Shown: positions 38,148-47,900 of the stretch, one piece after another
How positions within the stretch are numbered: position 1 is the first letter of the stretch
Layout of the letters: each line of letters opens with the position of its first letter
From: an uncultured Candidatus Rokubacteria bacterium
Lineage (GTDB): Bacteria; Methylomirabilota; Methylomirabilia; Rokubacteriales; DASRDR01
Length of the DNA: 64,000 bases
NCBI GenBank assembly: GCA_963805625.1
Contig: CAWDVE010000010.1
Coordinates: 1,440,001-1,504,000 of the forward strand
Reading direction: 5' to 3'
The notes under the pieces: generated by a model
Told to the model about the DNA's origin: nothing
The model's database searches: none
Seen by the model: only the letters and a program-made list of their open reading frames with translations
Translations under genes and position numbers: made by a program

Positions 38148-39704
38148 CTACATCCAGGACATCTCCTGCGGCACGAGCACGCCCGTCGGGAACGGCTGGT
38201 AGGCGAGATCCTTCTTCATGACGACCGGCTGGACCACCTGGAAGAGCGGGACGATGTAGCCCTTCTCGACGATGTAGCGCGCCGCCTTCTTCGCCGCGGC
38301 GATGCGCTTCGGCTCGTCGCGCTCGTCGAAGATCGGGTCGATCAGGGGGACGACGTCCTCCGACTCCCACACGCGGAACGGTCCCTTGACGTTGTTCTGG
38401 AAGCCCACCGAGTTGATCGGGTCGCCGGTGGGATTGGACCAGAAGTAGAGGGAGAGCGGGGCGAGATCCTGGCCCCCCTGCCCGCGGGCCGTCCGAAACT
38501 GAAACCACTGCGGGATCGTGATGACCTCCAGCTCGGCCTCGATGCCGACGTCCTTCCACATCTGCGCGATCGCGGACATGAACTCGAAGTCCTTCGCGCG
38601 GACGCCGCGGGTCGTCATGACCTTGAGGCGGAGCGGGCTGGATGCCGAGTATCCGGCCGTCTGGAGGAGCTGCCGCGCCTTCGCGGGATCGTAGGGGAAG
38701 CTGAAGGACGGGTCGTACGCGTCGTAGAGCGGCGCCTCGGTGAGCGACAGCGGCATGCCGAACCCGAGCAGCACCTTCTCGACGATCGCCTTCTTGTCGA
38801 TCGCGTGGTGGACCGCCAGGCGCACCTCTTCCTTCTTGAACGGCTCGAAGCGGGGATTCAGGAAGATCTGCGCCATGTCCGCGACCGGCTGCTTCACCCC
38901 CTTGAGGGTCGGCTGGGTCGAGAGCCGGCCGAACTCCTCGACGGGGACCTCGGACGTGATGTCGGCGTTCCCCGACAGGATCTCCGCCACCCGGGCCGTC
39001 GGATCGGTGACCATCTTGAAGACGGCCCGCTTGATGGGCGGCGCGCCCTTCCAGTAGCGGTCGAACGCCTCCAGGACGAGGGTGCTCCCGGGCGTGAAGG
39101 CCACCACCCGGTACGGCCCCGAGCCGACCGGCTTTCGCGCGAACTCCTCCCCCCGCGCCTTGTCGTCCGGGCCGAGGGACTGAAAGTACCCCTGGGGAAC
39201 GACGAAGCCGGCCAGGAAGCCGAGCCAGCGCGGGAACGAGGGATCGAACCGCTCGAAGACCAGCTGGAGGGTGGCCTTGTCGCGGACCTGGTACTCCTTG
39301 ACCTTCGCGTACGTCGCCTTGTAGATCGAGACCTCCTTCAGCCGGTTCATGCTGAAGGCGACGTCCTCGGCGGTGAGGTCCGACCCGTCGTGGAACTTCA
39401 CGCCCTGGCGGACCTTGACGGCCATGCCCATCTTGCCGTCGGTCCACTGCCAGCTCTCGATGATCTGCGGCCCGTACTTGCCCTGCCGGTCCTGCTGGAG
39501 GAAGCGGTCGAACACCGCCTCGTACATCGACTCCCGGGGGCTGTTGCGCGGAGCCGGGTGCGGGTCCATCGAGGTGACCGTCTCCGGGAAGGCGATCGTC
39601 ACCACCTGCTTCTTCTGGGCGTGGGCGAGGGTGGCGCGCACGCCGGTCGCCAGGGCGGCCGCGCCGCCGGTTGCACGCAGGAACGTCCGTCGCGTCATCC
39701 GCAT
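38148..39704 (-). CDS. Family 5 (peptide/nickel) ABC substrate-binding protein, Tat-exported
   Basis: TRRTFL; VKFHDGSDLTAEDVAFS; PVGSGPY; VRLAVHHAIDK. GGAGG RBS. Confidence 0.93.
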   Translation of the reverse strand: MRMTRRTFLRATGGAAALATGVRATLAHAQKKQVVTIAFPETVTSMDPHPAPRNSPRESMYEAVFDRFLQQDRQGKYGPQIIESWQWTDGKMGMAVKVRQGVKFHDGSDLTAEDVAFSMNRLKEVSIYKATYAKVKEYQVRDKATLQLVFERFDPSFPRWLGFLAGFVVPQGYFQSLGPDDKARGEEFARKPVGSGPYRVVAFTPGSTLVLEAFDRYWKGAPPIKRAVFKMVTDPTARVAEILSGNADITSEVPVEEFGRLSTQPTLKGVKQPVADMAQIFLNPRFEPFKKEEVRLAVHHAIDKKAIVEKVLLGFGMPLSLTEAPLYDAYDPSFSFPYDPAKARQLLQTAGYSASSPLRLKVMTTRGVRAKDFEFMSAIAQMWKDVGIEAELEVITIPQWFQFRTARGQGGQDLAPLSLYFWSNPTGDPINSVGFQNNVKGPFRVWESEDVVPLIDPIFDERDEPKRIAAAKKAARYIVEKGYIVPLFQVVQPVVMKKDLAYQPFPTGVLVPQEMSWM

Positions 39705-39759
39705 GGGTCTGCCTCCGGTGTCATTGATTCGCATGGGGTTCGGATGGGGTTCAGGGGGC

Positions 39760-42120
39760 TCAGGTTCCGGCCTCGGCGGTTCGCGCCGCCCGGAGCGCAC
39801 GGTACACGCGCTCGGGCGTCATCGGAAGCTCGGTGATCCGCACCCCGGTCGCGTCCTTCACCGCGTTCGCGACCGCGGCGGAGATGGGAATCGTCCCCGC
39901 CTCGCCGAGCCCCTTCGCCCCGAAGGGCCCGGCCTCGTCCACCGTCTCGATCAGCGTGATCAGGACCTCGGGCATGTCGGGGGCCGTGAGGAGCTTGTAG
40001 TCGAGGAATCCCGGGTTCAGCACGCGCCCGTCCCGGAGCCGGAGCTCCTCGGTGAGACAGTAGCCGAGCCCCATATGGATGCCGCCCTCGATCTGACCCT
40101 CGCAGCCGACCGGATTCAGGGCCCGCCCCACGTCGTGCGCGGAGGCGACCCGCACCACCTCGATCTTGCCCGTCGCCTCCTCCACCTCGACCAGGGCCGC
40201 CTGCGCCGCGAAGCCGTATGTCACCGACACGTTGCCCCGGAAGTCCTTGTCCAGCATCTGGGTCGGCGGGTCGTAGAACGCCTGCCCCATCAGAATCCGG
40301 CCGCCCTCGCGGAAGTGCCCCGCCCGGACGACCCGCTCGTACGCCATCCGGCGCTGGGGTGCCGCCGTAACGTACACGTACCCGTCCTCGACGTCGAGCG
40401 CCTCGGCCAGCTCGTCGAGTTGGGGGGCGCCGAGCGCGAGGAGCTGCCGCTTCACGTCCCGGGCCGCCAGGAGCGCGGCGTTTCCCGCGATGAACGTGGT
40501 CCGGCTCGCGTGGACGCCGACGTCCCAGGGTTTGACGGCCGTGTCGTTGTTCACGACGTCGACCCGCCCGAGCGGGATCCCCAGCTCCTCGGCGACGATC
40601 ATCGCAAGGACCGTCTCCGACCCCTGCCCGATCTCGCTGGCGCCGGTGATCAGCGTCACCTTCCCGAAGTCGTCGAGCTTGACGATTGCCCCGCAGCCGT
40701 CGGAGCGGTACACGCGCGCGCCACCTCCCACGTGGAACATGCCCGCGTAGCCGATCCCCCGCACCCAGCCTGGCCGGAGCGGCCGCTCGACGGGCCGGCG
40801 GATGTCGCGCGCGACCGCGTCGAAGCACTCGGCGAGCGCGCAGCTCGTGATCCGGAGACCCTGCGGCGTCACGTCTCCCGGGCGGTTCGCGTTCCGGCGC
40901 CGGATCTCCAGGCGGTCCAGCCCGAGCCGCTCGGCGAGGTCGTCCATCTGCGCCTCGACGGCGAAGGTGGACTCGAGGTTGCCGTAGCCCCGCATCGAGC
41001 CCGAGTACACGTTGTTCGTGTAGACGATCGCCGTGTCGAACCGGATGTTCGGGCAGCGGTAGAAGCCAGCGAGCGTCGTCATCATCACGTACGGCGTCGT
41101 CGACCCCCAGGACACGTAGGCGCCGTTGTCGATCAGGACCCGCGCGTCCCGCCCGATGAGCGTCCCGTCCGCCCGGGCGGCGGTACGGAGCGTGAAGACG
41201 CACGGCTCGCGCGTCGGGCTTGCGACGAACTCTTCCTCCCGGTCGAACACAATCTTCACCGGCCGGCTGACGTGCCGGGCCAGGAGCGCCGCGATGATGT
41301 CGATCGGGTAGAGATCGAGGCCCCGGCCGAAGTTCCCACCGACCGGCGGCTGGATGACGCGGATGCGGTCCCCGGAGATGCCCAGCGCCTCCGCGAGGTC
41401 GCGCTGGTAGAGGAACGGGATCTGGGTCATCGACCACATCGTGAGATTCCCGCGCGGATCCCACTGGGCGACCGCCGCCATGGTGCCGAGGCACGCGGTG
41501 GTGACGTAGTTCAGGCGGTAGGTCCCCTCGACCACCACGTCCGCCTCGCGGAAGGCGCGGTCGACGTCGCCGGCCGTGAACTTGTAGGTGAAGTTGACCA
41601 GGTTCCCCGGACACTGCGGGTGGATCCGGGGCGCCTCCGGTCGGAGCGCCGCTTCGGGGTCGAAGACCGCCGGCAGCTCCTCGTAGTCCACGTCGATCAG
41701 CCGGCACGCCTCCGCCGCGATCTCCTCGGTCTCGGCGGCCACGGCGGCGACCTCGTCACGGATGCAGCGCACGATGTCAGTCTTGAGGGCGAGGTGGTCC
41801 TTCGCGTACCCGAACGGGCGCTGCGCCACGTTCCGGCCCGTGACCACGCCCAGGACGCCCGGGAGCGCCTCGGCGCGGGTCGTGTCAATCCGGGTGATGC
41901 GAGCGTGTGGAACCCGCGTCCGCAGGATCTTGCCCCAGACCATCCCCGGCATCTCGAGGTCGGGGAGGTACTGGACCGCGCCCGTCACCTTCTCCACGGC
42001 GTCGAGCTTGGCGACGCGCGTGCCGATGACGCGGAACGGCCGGGCCGGGTGCGGGCTCGCCGGCGCGCCGGTGCCCCCGGCAATCTCGCGCGGCCCCGGA
42101 CGCCCCTCGGACCGGCTCAC
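39760..42120 (-). CDS. Xanthine-dehydrogenase-family molybdopterin subunit
   Basis: KVTG..Y, VGGNFG, MRGYG, SEIGQG, HASRT, GQIEGG, GAKGLGE. Confidence 0.95.
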   Translation of the reverse strand: MSRSEGRPGPREIAGGTGAPASPHPARPFRVIGTRVAKLDAVEKVTGAVQYLPDLEMPGMVWGKILRTRVPHARITRIDTTRAEALPGVLGVVTGRNVAQRPFGYAKDHLALKTDIVRCIRDEVAAVAAETEEIAAEACRLIDVDYEELPAVFDPEAALRPEAPRIHPQCPGNLVNFTYKFTAGDVDRAFREADVVVEGTYRLNYVTTACLGTMAAVAQWDPRGNLTMWSMTQIPFLYQRDLAEALGISGDRIRVIQPPVGGNFGRGLDLYPIDIIAALLARHVSRPVKIVFDREEEFVASPTREPCVFTLRTAARADGTLIGRDARVLIDNGAYVSWGSTTPYVMMTTLAGFYRCPNIRFDTAIVYTNNVYSGSMRGYGNLESTFAVEAQMDDLAERLGLDRLEIRRRNANRPGDVTPQGLRITSCALAECFDAVARDIRRPVERPLRPGWVRGIGYAGMFHVGGGARVYRSDGCGAIVKLDDFGKVTLITGASEIGQGSETVLAMIVAEELGIPLGRVDVVNNDTAVKPWDVGVHASRTTFIAGNAALLAARDVKRQLLALGAPQLDELAEALDVEDGYVYVTAAPQRRMAYERVVRAGHFREGGRILMGQAFYDPPTQMLDKDFRGNVSVTYGFAAQAALVEVEEATGKIEVVRVASAHDVGRALNPVGCEGQIEGGIHMGLGYCLTEELRLRDGRVLNPGFLDYKLLTAPDMPEVLITLIETVDEAGPFGAKGLGEAGTIPISAAVANAVKDATGVRITELPMTPERVYRALRAARTAEAGT

Positions 42121-42659
42121 GCTTCCCTCCGCGCCGCGCGCATGCGCTCCGCGGCGAGCTGGATGGCGCGGATGATCTTGACGTAGCCGGTGCAGCGGCA
42201 GAGGTTTCCCTCGAGACCGGCTCGGATCTCGATCTCGCTGGGCTCGGGCGTCGCCTCGAGGAGGCCCGCGGCGGCCATGATCATCCCCGCGGTGCAGAAT
42301 CCGCACTGGGCGCCGCCCTCCTCCAGGAACCCCTGCTGGACCGGGTGGAGAGACGGCGGGCGCTCATCCATCCGTGCCGAGCGCGCATGCCACCGGGCCG
42401 CCAGGCCCTCGATCGTCGTCACCTCGGCGCCGTCGACGTCGAGCGCCAGGATGAGACACGACGTGGCGGGCCGGCCGTCGACCAGGACAGTGCAGGCGCC
42501 GCAGTCGCCCGTGTCGCATGCGAGGTTCGTCCCGGTGAGGCGAAGATCGCCGCGAAGACACTCGAGGAGCGTGCGGGAGCCCGGCACTTCGCGGCGCACC
42601 CGGCGCCCGTTGACCGTCAGCTCAAGCGGGTAGCGATCCGCCACGGCCGGATCACCCAT
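42117..42659 (-). CDS. 2x[2Fe-2S] small subunit of the molybdo-hydroxylase
   Basis: CDTGDCGACTV..SC, QCGFC, GNLCRCTGY. Confidence 0.95.
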   Translation of the reverse strand: MGDPAVADRYPLELTVNGRRVRREVPGSRTLLECLRGDLRLTGTNLACDTGDCGACTVLVDGRPATSCLILALDVDGAEVTTIEGLAARWHARSARMDERPPSLHPVQQGFLEEGGAQCGFCTAGMIMAAAGLLEATPEPSEIEIRAGLEGNLCRCTGYVKIIRAIQLAAERMRAARREA

Positions 42660-43503
42660 TGGCGAGCGCCCGCCGGACCAGGGCGCCCACCATCTCGCGG
42701 CGGTACTCCGCCGTTGCCCGCACGTCGCCGATCGGCCGCGCCGCAGCCATCGCGAGCTCGGCCGTCCGCTCGACGGCGGCCCGGCCGAGGCCACCCTCCA
42801 CGAGCGCCGCCTCGGCCGCCGGGACGCGGAGCGGCGTCGGCGCCACCGCGCCGAGCGCCAGGCGCGCCTCCGCGACGCCGCTGCCGTCGAGCCGGAGCGC
42901 GACGGCTACCCCGGCGATCGCGATGTCCATCGCGCGACGGACGTCCAGCCGCTCGTAGCGCACGATCCAGCCCGCGTGCTTCCGGGGAAACTCCAGCCAC
43001 ACGAGAAGCTCGGCCGCCGCGAGCGCCGTCTGTCCGGGTCCCTGGAAGAAGCGATCGAGGGAGAGCCGCCGCGCCCCGGCCGGACCGACGATCCCGACGT
43101 CGGCGTCCAGGACGAGCAGCACCGGCGACAGGTCGGCCGCCGGCGAGGCGTTGCAGAGGTTCCCCCCGACCGTGGCGAGATGCCGGATCGCAGGCGACCC
43201 CATGTAGCGCGCCGTGAACGGCAGCACTGGGTACTCGGCCTGGATGATCGGGTGCTCGATCAGCGCCGCGAGCGTGGTGAGGGCGCCGATACGGATTGCG
43301 CTCCCGCTCACCTCGATACGGCCCAGCCCCGGGATGCGCTTGACGTTGATGACCGCGGGCGGGCGCTTCCCCCGCTGCGGCTGGCGGAGGTGCACCATGA
43401 GATCCGTGCCGCCCGCCAGGACCGCGGCGCGCGGCTCCGCGGCGAGGAGCCGGCACGCCTCCTCGAGCGTCGCGGGGCGGTGATAGGCGAACGAGGGCCT
43501 CAG
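42652..43503 (-). CDS. FAD-binding medium subunit of the molybdo-hydroxylase; apparent CTG start
   Basis: FAYHRPATLEEA..LAGGTDL lies upstream of the ORF-track start; ATVGGNLCNASPAAD; DVRATAEYR. In-frame stop at 43513-43515; the only RBS-linked start candidate is CTG. Confidence 0.88.
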   Translation of the reverse strand: MRPSFAYHRPATLEEACRLLAAEPRAAVLAGGTDLMVHLRQPQRGKRPPAVINVKRIPGLGRIEVSGSAIRIGALTTLAALIEHPIIQAEYPVLPFTARYMGSPAIRHLATVGGNLCNASPAADLSPVLLVLDADVGIVGPAGARRLSLDRFFQGPGQTALAAAELLVWLEFPRKHAGWIVRYERLDVRRAMDIAIAGVAVALRLDGSGVAEARLALGAVAPTPLRVPAAEAALVEGGLGRAAVERTAELAMAAARPIGDVRATAEYRREMVGALVRRALANG

Positions 43504-43550
43504 GCGTCCTCCTCAGCGGCTCGTCGGCGCCAGTCTAGCATCGGGTCACG

Positions 43551-44744
43551 TTAGATGATGACCCGCTGCTGACGGAGAAGGTCGATCCGCTCGAGCGAGT
43601 ATCCCAGGAGCTCCCGGAGCACCGGGTCGGTGTCCTCGCCGAGCGCGCGAGGCGGGGCGGGTCGGAACGGCGGCGCCCCGTCTGCCTTGACCGGCGTGCC
43701 GAGGGTGCTGAGCGTCCCCAGCGTCGGGTGCTCGAGCTCCACCACCATCTCGCGAAGCAGCACCTGCGGATCGCTGACGACCCGGTCCACCGTGTTGATC
43801 GGTGCGACGGGCACGCCCTCCCGCTGCAAGCGGGCAAGCCACTCGGCGGTCGTCCGCGCCGGGAACACGGCCTCGAGCCCGGGAACGAGCTCCTCGCGCC
43901 GCTCCACCCGCTTCAGGTTCGAGTCGAACCGCGGATCGGCCGCGAGCTCGGGGCGCTCGATCGCCCGGCAGAAGCTCGCCCAGAACTTCTCCGCGAACAC
44001 CGCGACCACCACGTGGCCGTCCCGCGTCGGGAACGCCTGGTAGGGAACCACCGATGCGTGGCCCGAGCCGACGCGACCCGGCACCCGCCCATCCGCCCAG
44101 AAATACTGGGCGATGTACGTCAGGAGCGAGACCTGGCAGTCGAGGAGCGAGAGGTCGAAGTGCGTCCCCTCGCCGGTCTGCGTGCGCCGGAACAGGGCAC
44201 TCGCCACGGCAAGCGCGCCGAACATCCCACCTGCCAGGTCGCCCATCGGAAGCCCCATCCGCGCCGGGGGCCGGCCGGCCTCACCCGTGAGGCTCATCGC
44301 GCCGCCCATGGCCTGGAGCGCGAGGTCAAAGGCGGGCCACTCGCGATACGGCCCTTGCTGGCCGAAGGCCGAGATCGAGCAGACCACGAGTCGAGGGTTG
44401 AGCCGGCGGAGCGTCTCCGGCGCGCACCCGAGCCGGGCCATCACGCCCGGGCGGAAGTTCTCCCACACGACGTCGGACACCCGGCAGAGATCGTGGAAGA
44501 CCGCCTGCCCCTCCGGCGTCTCGAGGTCGAGGGCGACGCTCTTCTTGTTCCGGTTGACCGAGAGGAAGTACGCGCTCTCGCGGTCGGATCCGAGGAACGG
44601 CGGCCCCATCGCGCGCATCGGGTCCCCGCCCTGCGGTTCCTCGATCTTGATGACCTCCGCCCCGAGGTCGGCCAGGAGCATTGACCCGTAGGGCCCGGCC
44701 AGCATGCGCGAGAGGTCGAGCACGCGGACGCCGGCGAGCAGCAT
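43551..44744 (-). CDS. Family III CoA-transferase (CaiB/BaiF)
   Basis: LAGPY..LADLGAEVIKIE, NRNKKS, ENFRPG, catalytic MGDLAGG. Confidence 0.95.
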   Translation of the reverse strand: MLLAGVRVLDLSRMLAGPYGSMLLADLGAEVIKIEEPQGGDPMRAMGPPFLGSDRESAYFLSVNRNKKSVALDLETPEGQAVFHDLCRVSDVVWENFRPGVMARLGCAPETLRRLNPRLVVCSISAFGQQGPYREWPAFDLALQAMGGAMSLTGEAGRPPARMGLPMGDLAGGMFGALAVASALFRRTQTGEGTHFDLSLLDCQVSLLTYIAQYFWADGRVPGRVGSGHASVVPYQAFPTRDGHVVVAVFAEKFWASFCRAIERPELAADPRFDSNLKRVERREELVPGLEAVFPARTTAEWLARLQREGVPVAPINTVDRVVSDPQVLLREMVVELEHPTLGTLSTLGTPVKADGAPPFRPAPPRALGEDTDPVLRELLGYSLERIDLLRQQRVII

Positions 44745-44754
44745 CAGTCCCGTC

Positions 44755-45528
44755 TCACCGCCGCCGGGCCAGCACGTCGTAGGAGGGCTGATCGGCCTGA
44801 AACGAGACGCCGGCGCCATCGTAGAGGTCGGTGACGACGACCACGTCGAATCCGTGGCGCCGGAGGGCCGCCTCGACCTCCTCCACCGTGTAGAGCCGCA
44901 TCACGTGGCGCTCGTGGGCGACGTGGTGCGGCGTCTCGAGCGTGAGATCGACCGAGAGGGTGCGGGCCGCCTCGTCGAACCGCCCGCGGCTGTCGGCCGC
45001 GATGCGCCCGCCCGCCAGCACCCGCGAGTTGCGGAACGTGTAGCGCCGGCGGCCGGCCGGCGTGATGAAGTCGAAGAGGAAGAGGCCGCCCGGCCGGACG
45101 CGGTCCCGGAGCTTCACGAGGAACCCGTCGAGCCCGCCGTGCTGCGCGCCGACGTACGCGACGACGTCGTCGATGGCGGTGACGAGGTCGAACGCCGGCG
45201 ACGGACGCAGACAGTCGACGGTCCCGCACACCCGGGCAAGTCGGCCTCCCGCGCCCTCGAGCCGCGCCCGCGCGAGCATCTGGTGGAGCATGTCCAGACA
45301 CACCGACCGGAACCCGGCACGCGCCCAGTACCGGCTGTACCGGCAGGTCCCCGCCCCCACGTCGAGGTGGCGCCCGGCCCGGAGCCCGGCCGCCGCGACC
45401 AGTCCCGAGGCGCCGGCGAACCATCGGCGGATCCCTCGGGGCTCGAAAAGCTGAGCGAAGTAGGGCGCGAGCGTCGCGTACGGCCGCTCGGGGAGCAACG
45501 AGGCCACCGGCGAGGACGAGGCGCTCAC
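44755..45528 (-). CDS. Class I SAM-dependent methyltransferase
   Basis: HLDVGAGT motif I, FDLVT, PGGLFLFD. Confidence 0.85.
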   Translation of the reverse strand: MSASSSPVASLLPERPYATLAPYFAQLFEPRGIRRWFAGASGLVAAAGLRAGRHLDVGAGTCRYSRYWARAGFRSVCLDMLHQMLARARLEGAGGRLARVCGTVDCLRPSPAFDLVTAIDDVVAYVGAQHGGLDGFLVKLRDRVRPGGLFLFDFITPAGRRRYTFRNSRVLAGGRIAADSRGRFDEAARTLSVDLTLETPHHVAHERHVMRLYTVEEVEAALRRHGFDVVVVTDLYDGAGVSFQADQPSYDVLARRR

Positions 45529-46253
45529 GCCTTGCGCCCGCACACGCTGAGGACGATCTGGGCGCAGACGAACCGGCCGGAGCGGTCAGCCTCGATCAGG
45601 CTCTCCACCCATCGGGTGGCGTCGGCGGGTGCGATCGCCCCGCCGGCGACGGCCCGGTCGGCCTTGTCGCGGAGCTTCAGCACCTCCTCGTCGTATGCGA
45701 TCGCGAGGGCCGCGTAGGGGGTGACCGCGATCGACCCCAGTCCCGCGTCGAGAAACAGCCCTGGGAGCTTCCGCCCCACCTGGCCGCACTCCATCCGGTC
45801 CGCGTGGTGCGCGAGGATCCGGCGGGTGAGCTCGAGATCGACCGCCTCCACGAACAGGCTGTCGTAGTCGGTATCGCACACCACCACGCGCCCGCCCGAT
45901 CTCGTCACCCGCACCATCTCGCCGAGGGCCTTCGAGGGATCGACCAGGTGGTGGAACACGCGGTCGGCCCGGCACGCGTCGAAGGTCTCGTCCTCGAATG
46001 GGATCGCGTACGCGTCGCCGACACGGAAGTCCACGGGCCGCGGCAGGCCGAGGGTCCGGGCGCGCGCCTCGCGGATCTTGTCCTCGCTCGCGTCGATGCC
46101 AGTCGCGGACACACCCGGCGCCCGGCCCGCGATGGTCCGGACGTCCTCGCCGGTGCCGCAGCCGACGTCGAGGACGTGGTCCCCACCGGCGAGGGCGAGC
46201 AGCTCGAAGCTCCGCGCCTTGTAGCCGAGCCAAGCGGCCTCAACGGTCCCCAC
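45525..46253 (-). CDS. Class I SAM-dependent methyltransferase (UbiE-like)
   Basis: VLDVGCGTG, GDAYAIPFEDETFD, EMVRVTRSGG. Start approximate. Confidence 0.85.
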   Translation of the reverse strand: MGTVEAAWLGYKARSFELLALAGGDHVLDVGCGTGEDVRTIAGRAPGVSATGIDASEDKIREARARTLGLPRPVDFRVGDAYAIPFEDETFDACRADRVFHHLVDPSKALGEMVRVTRSGGRVVVCDTDYDSLFVEAVDLELTRRILAHHADRMECGQVGRKLPGLFLDAGLGSIAVTPYAALAIAYDEEVLKLRDKADRAVAGGAIAPADATRWVESLIEADRSGRFVCAQIVLSVCGRKA

Positions 46254-46261
46254 GGCGTCCT

Positions 46262-47887
46262 TCAGAAGGCGGTCTGTTCCTTGTGCTCGCCCCACACGTC
46301 GCGGAGGGCGTTGGCCATCTCCCCCAGCGTGGCGTAGGCCCGCACCGCCTCGAGGATCGGCGGCATGAGGTTGTCGCGACCGCGGGCGGCGTCGCGGAGA
46401 CGCGCGACCGCCTGGTCCACGGCGCCCTGCTCCCGCTCGCGGCGAAGGCGCTTGAGCCGCGCGACCTGCGCCTCGGCGACCCGGGCGTCGAACGCGTAGA
46501 GCTCGATGGCCTCCGACGCGTCGCGCCCGGCATCCGGGGCGACGTGGCGGTTCACCCCAACCTTCGGGTACTCGCCGGAGAGCATCATCTGCTCGAACCG
46601 GTAGGCCTGGCGGGCGACTTCCGCCTGAATGGCGCCCGACTTGACGGCCTCGATGATCCCACCCATCCGCTCGACCCGCTCCATCTCGGCTCGGATCCGC
46701 GCCTCCATCTCGTTGGTCAGCGTCTCGACGAAGTAGGAGCCGGCCAGAGGGTCGACCGTGTCGGCCACGCCTGTCTCCTCCGCGCAGATCTGCATGGTGC
46801 GGAGGGCGATGAGCTGGGCCTTGGGCGACGGGATCGTGTACGCCTCGTCGTACGTCGGGAGCGCGCTCGTCTGACACCCGGACAGCGCCGCCGCGAGGCT
46901 GTAGTAGGCTCCCCGCACGATGTTGTTCTCGGGCTCCTGCACCGTGAAGCCGGAGCCGCCCCCGCCGATCAGGGACCGGAACATCATCGACCGGGGGTTC
47001 TGCGCCCCGAAGCGCTCCTTCATCATCTGCGCGTACAGCCGGCGGCCTGCGCGAAACTTCGCGACCTCCTCGAAGAGTCGGCCCCAGCACGTGAAGTTGA
47101 ACGACAGGCGCGGCGCGAACTCGTCGACGGGCAAGCCGCGCTTCACCAAGAGGTCGGCGTACGCGGCGACGATGAGGAGCCCGTAGGCCATCTCCTGGGC
47201 GGGGGTGCACCCGGCCTCGCGGATGTGGTAGCCGCAGACCGATATGGGGTTGACTTTCGGCGCGTGCCGCGCGCAGAACTCGGCGATGTCACAGACCAGG
47301 CGGAGCGAGGGATCGACCGGGTACACCCACGTCCCGCGGGCGACGAATTCCTTGAGGATGTCGTTCTGGGGCGTGGTCACGACCCGGTCCCAGGCGACGC
47401 CCTGCTTCTCCGCCACCACGAAGAACATCGCCTGGATGAAGGCCGCCATGGAGTTGATCGTGAACGAGATGGACACCCGGTCGGCGGCGATGCCGTCGAA
47501 CGCCTCCTCCATGTCGAGGAGGGAGTCGATCGCCATCCCCACCCGGCCCACCTCGCCCTCGGCGCGCGGGTCGTCGGAGTCGAGCCCGAGCTGCGTCGGC
47601 AGGTCGAAGGCGACGTTGAGCGCGTCCTGGCCGTGGGCCATGAGGTACTTGAAGCGCGCGTTCGTCTCTGCCGGTGTCCCGAAGCCGATGTACTGCCGCA
47701 TGGTCCACACGCGCGCGCGGTACATGTGGGGATGGATTCCCCGCGTGAAGGGGTACTCGCCGGGATCGCCGAGGTCGCGCCTGTAGTCGAGCCCCGCCAC
47801 GTCGGCGGGCCCGTACACGGGTTTCACCTCGATCCCGTCGAGGTAGGTCACGTCCCGAAGCTTCCTGTCCCCACGCGGCTCCGCCAT
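46262..47887 (-). CDS. B12-dependent acyl-CoA mutase, large (substrate-binding) subunit, atypical active site
   Basis: PGEYPFTRGI, WTMRQY, AFDLPTQLG.DSD, QNDILKE, GYHIREAG, DEA, DPLAGSY, YATLGE. Confidence 0.93.
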   Translation of the reverse strand: MAEPRGDRKLRDVTYLDGIEVKPVYGPADVAGLDYRRDLGDPGEYPFTRGIHPHMYRARVWTMRQYIGFGTPAETNARFKYLMAHGQDALNVAFDLPTQLGLDSDDPRAEGEVGRVGMAIDSLLDMEEAFDGIAADRVSISFTINSMAAFIQAMFFVVAEKQGVAWDRVVTTPQNDILKEFVARGTWVYPVDPSLRLVCDIAEFCARHAPKVNPISVCGYHIREAGCTPAQEMAYGLLIVAAYADLLVKRGLPVDEFAPRLSFNFTCWGRLFEEVAKFRAGRRLYAQMMKERFGAQNPRSMMFRSLIGGGGSGFTVQEPENNIVRGAYYSLAAALSGCQTSALPTYDEAYTIPSPKAQLIALRTMQICAEETGVADTVDPLAGSYFVETLTNEMEARIRAEMERVERMGGIIEAVKSGAIQAEVARQAYRFEQMMLSGEYPKVGVNRHVAPDAGRDASEAIELYAFDARVAEAQVARLKRLRREREQGAVDQAVARLRDAARGRDNLMPPILEAVRAYATLGEMANALRDVWGEHKEQTAF

Positions 47888-47900
47888 CGACCCGCCCTCC

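Noticed and set aside
39760-42120. Aerobic CO dehydrogenase CoxL or 4-hydroxybenzoyl-CoA reductase
   Set aside because: Lacks the AYxCSFR/AYxGAGR loop, and the FAD subunit lacks the [4Fe-4S] insertion.
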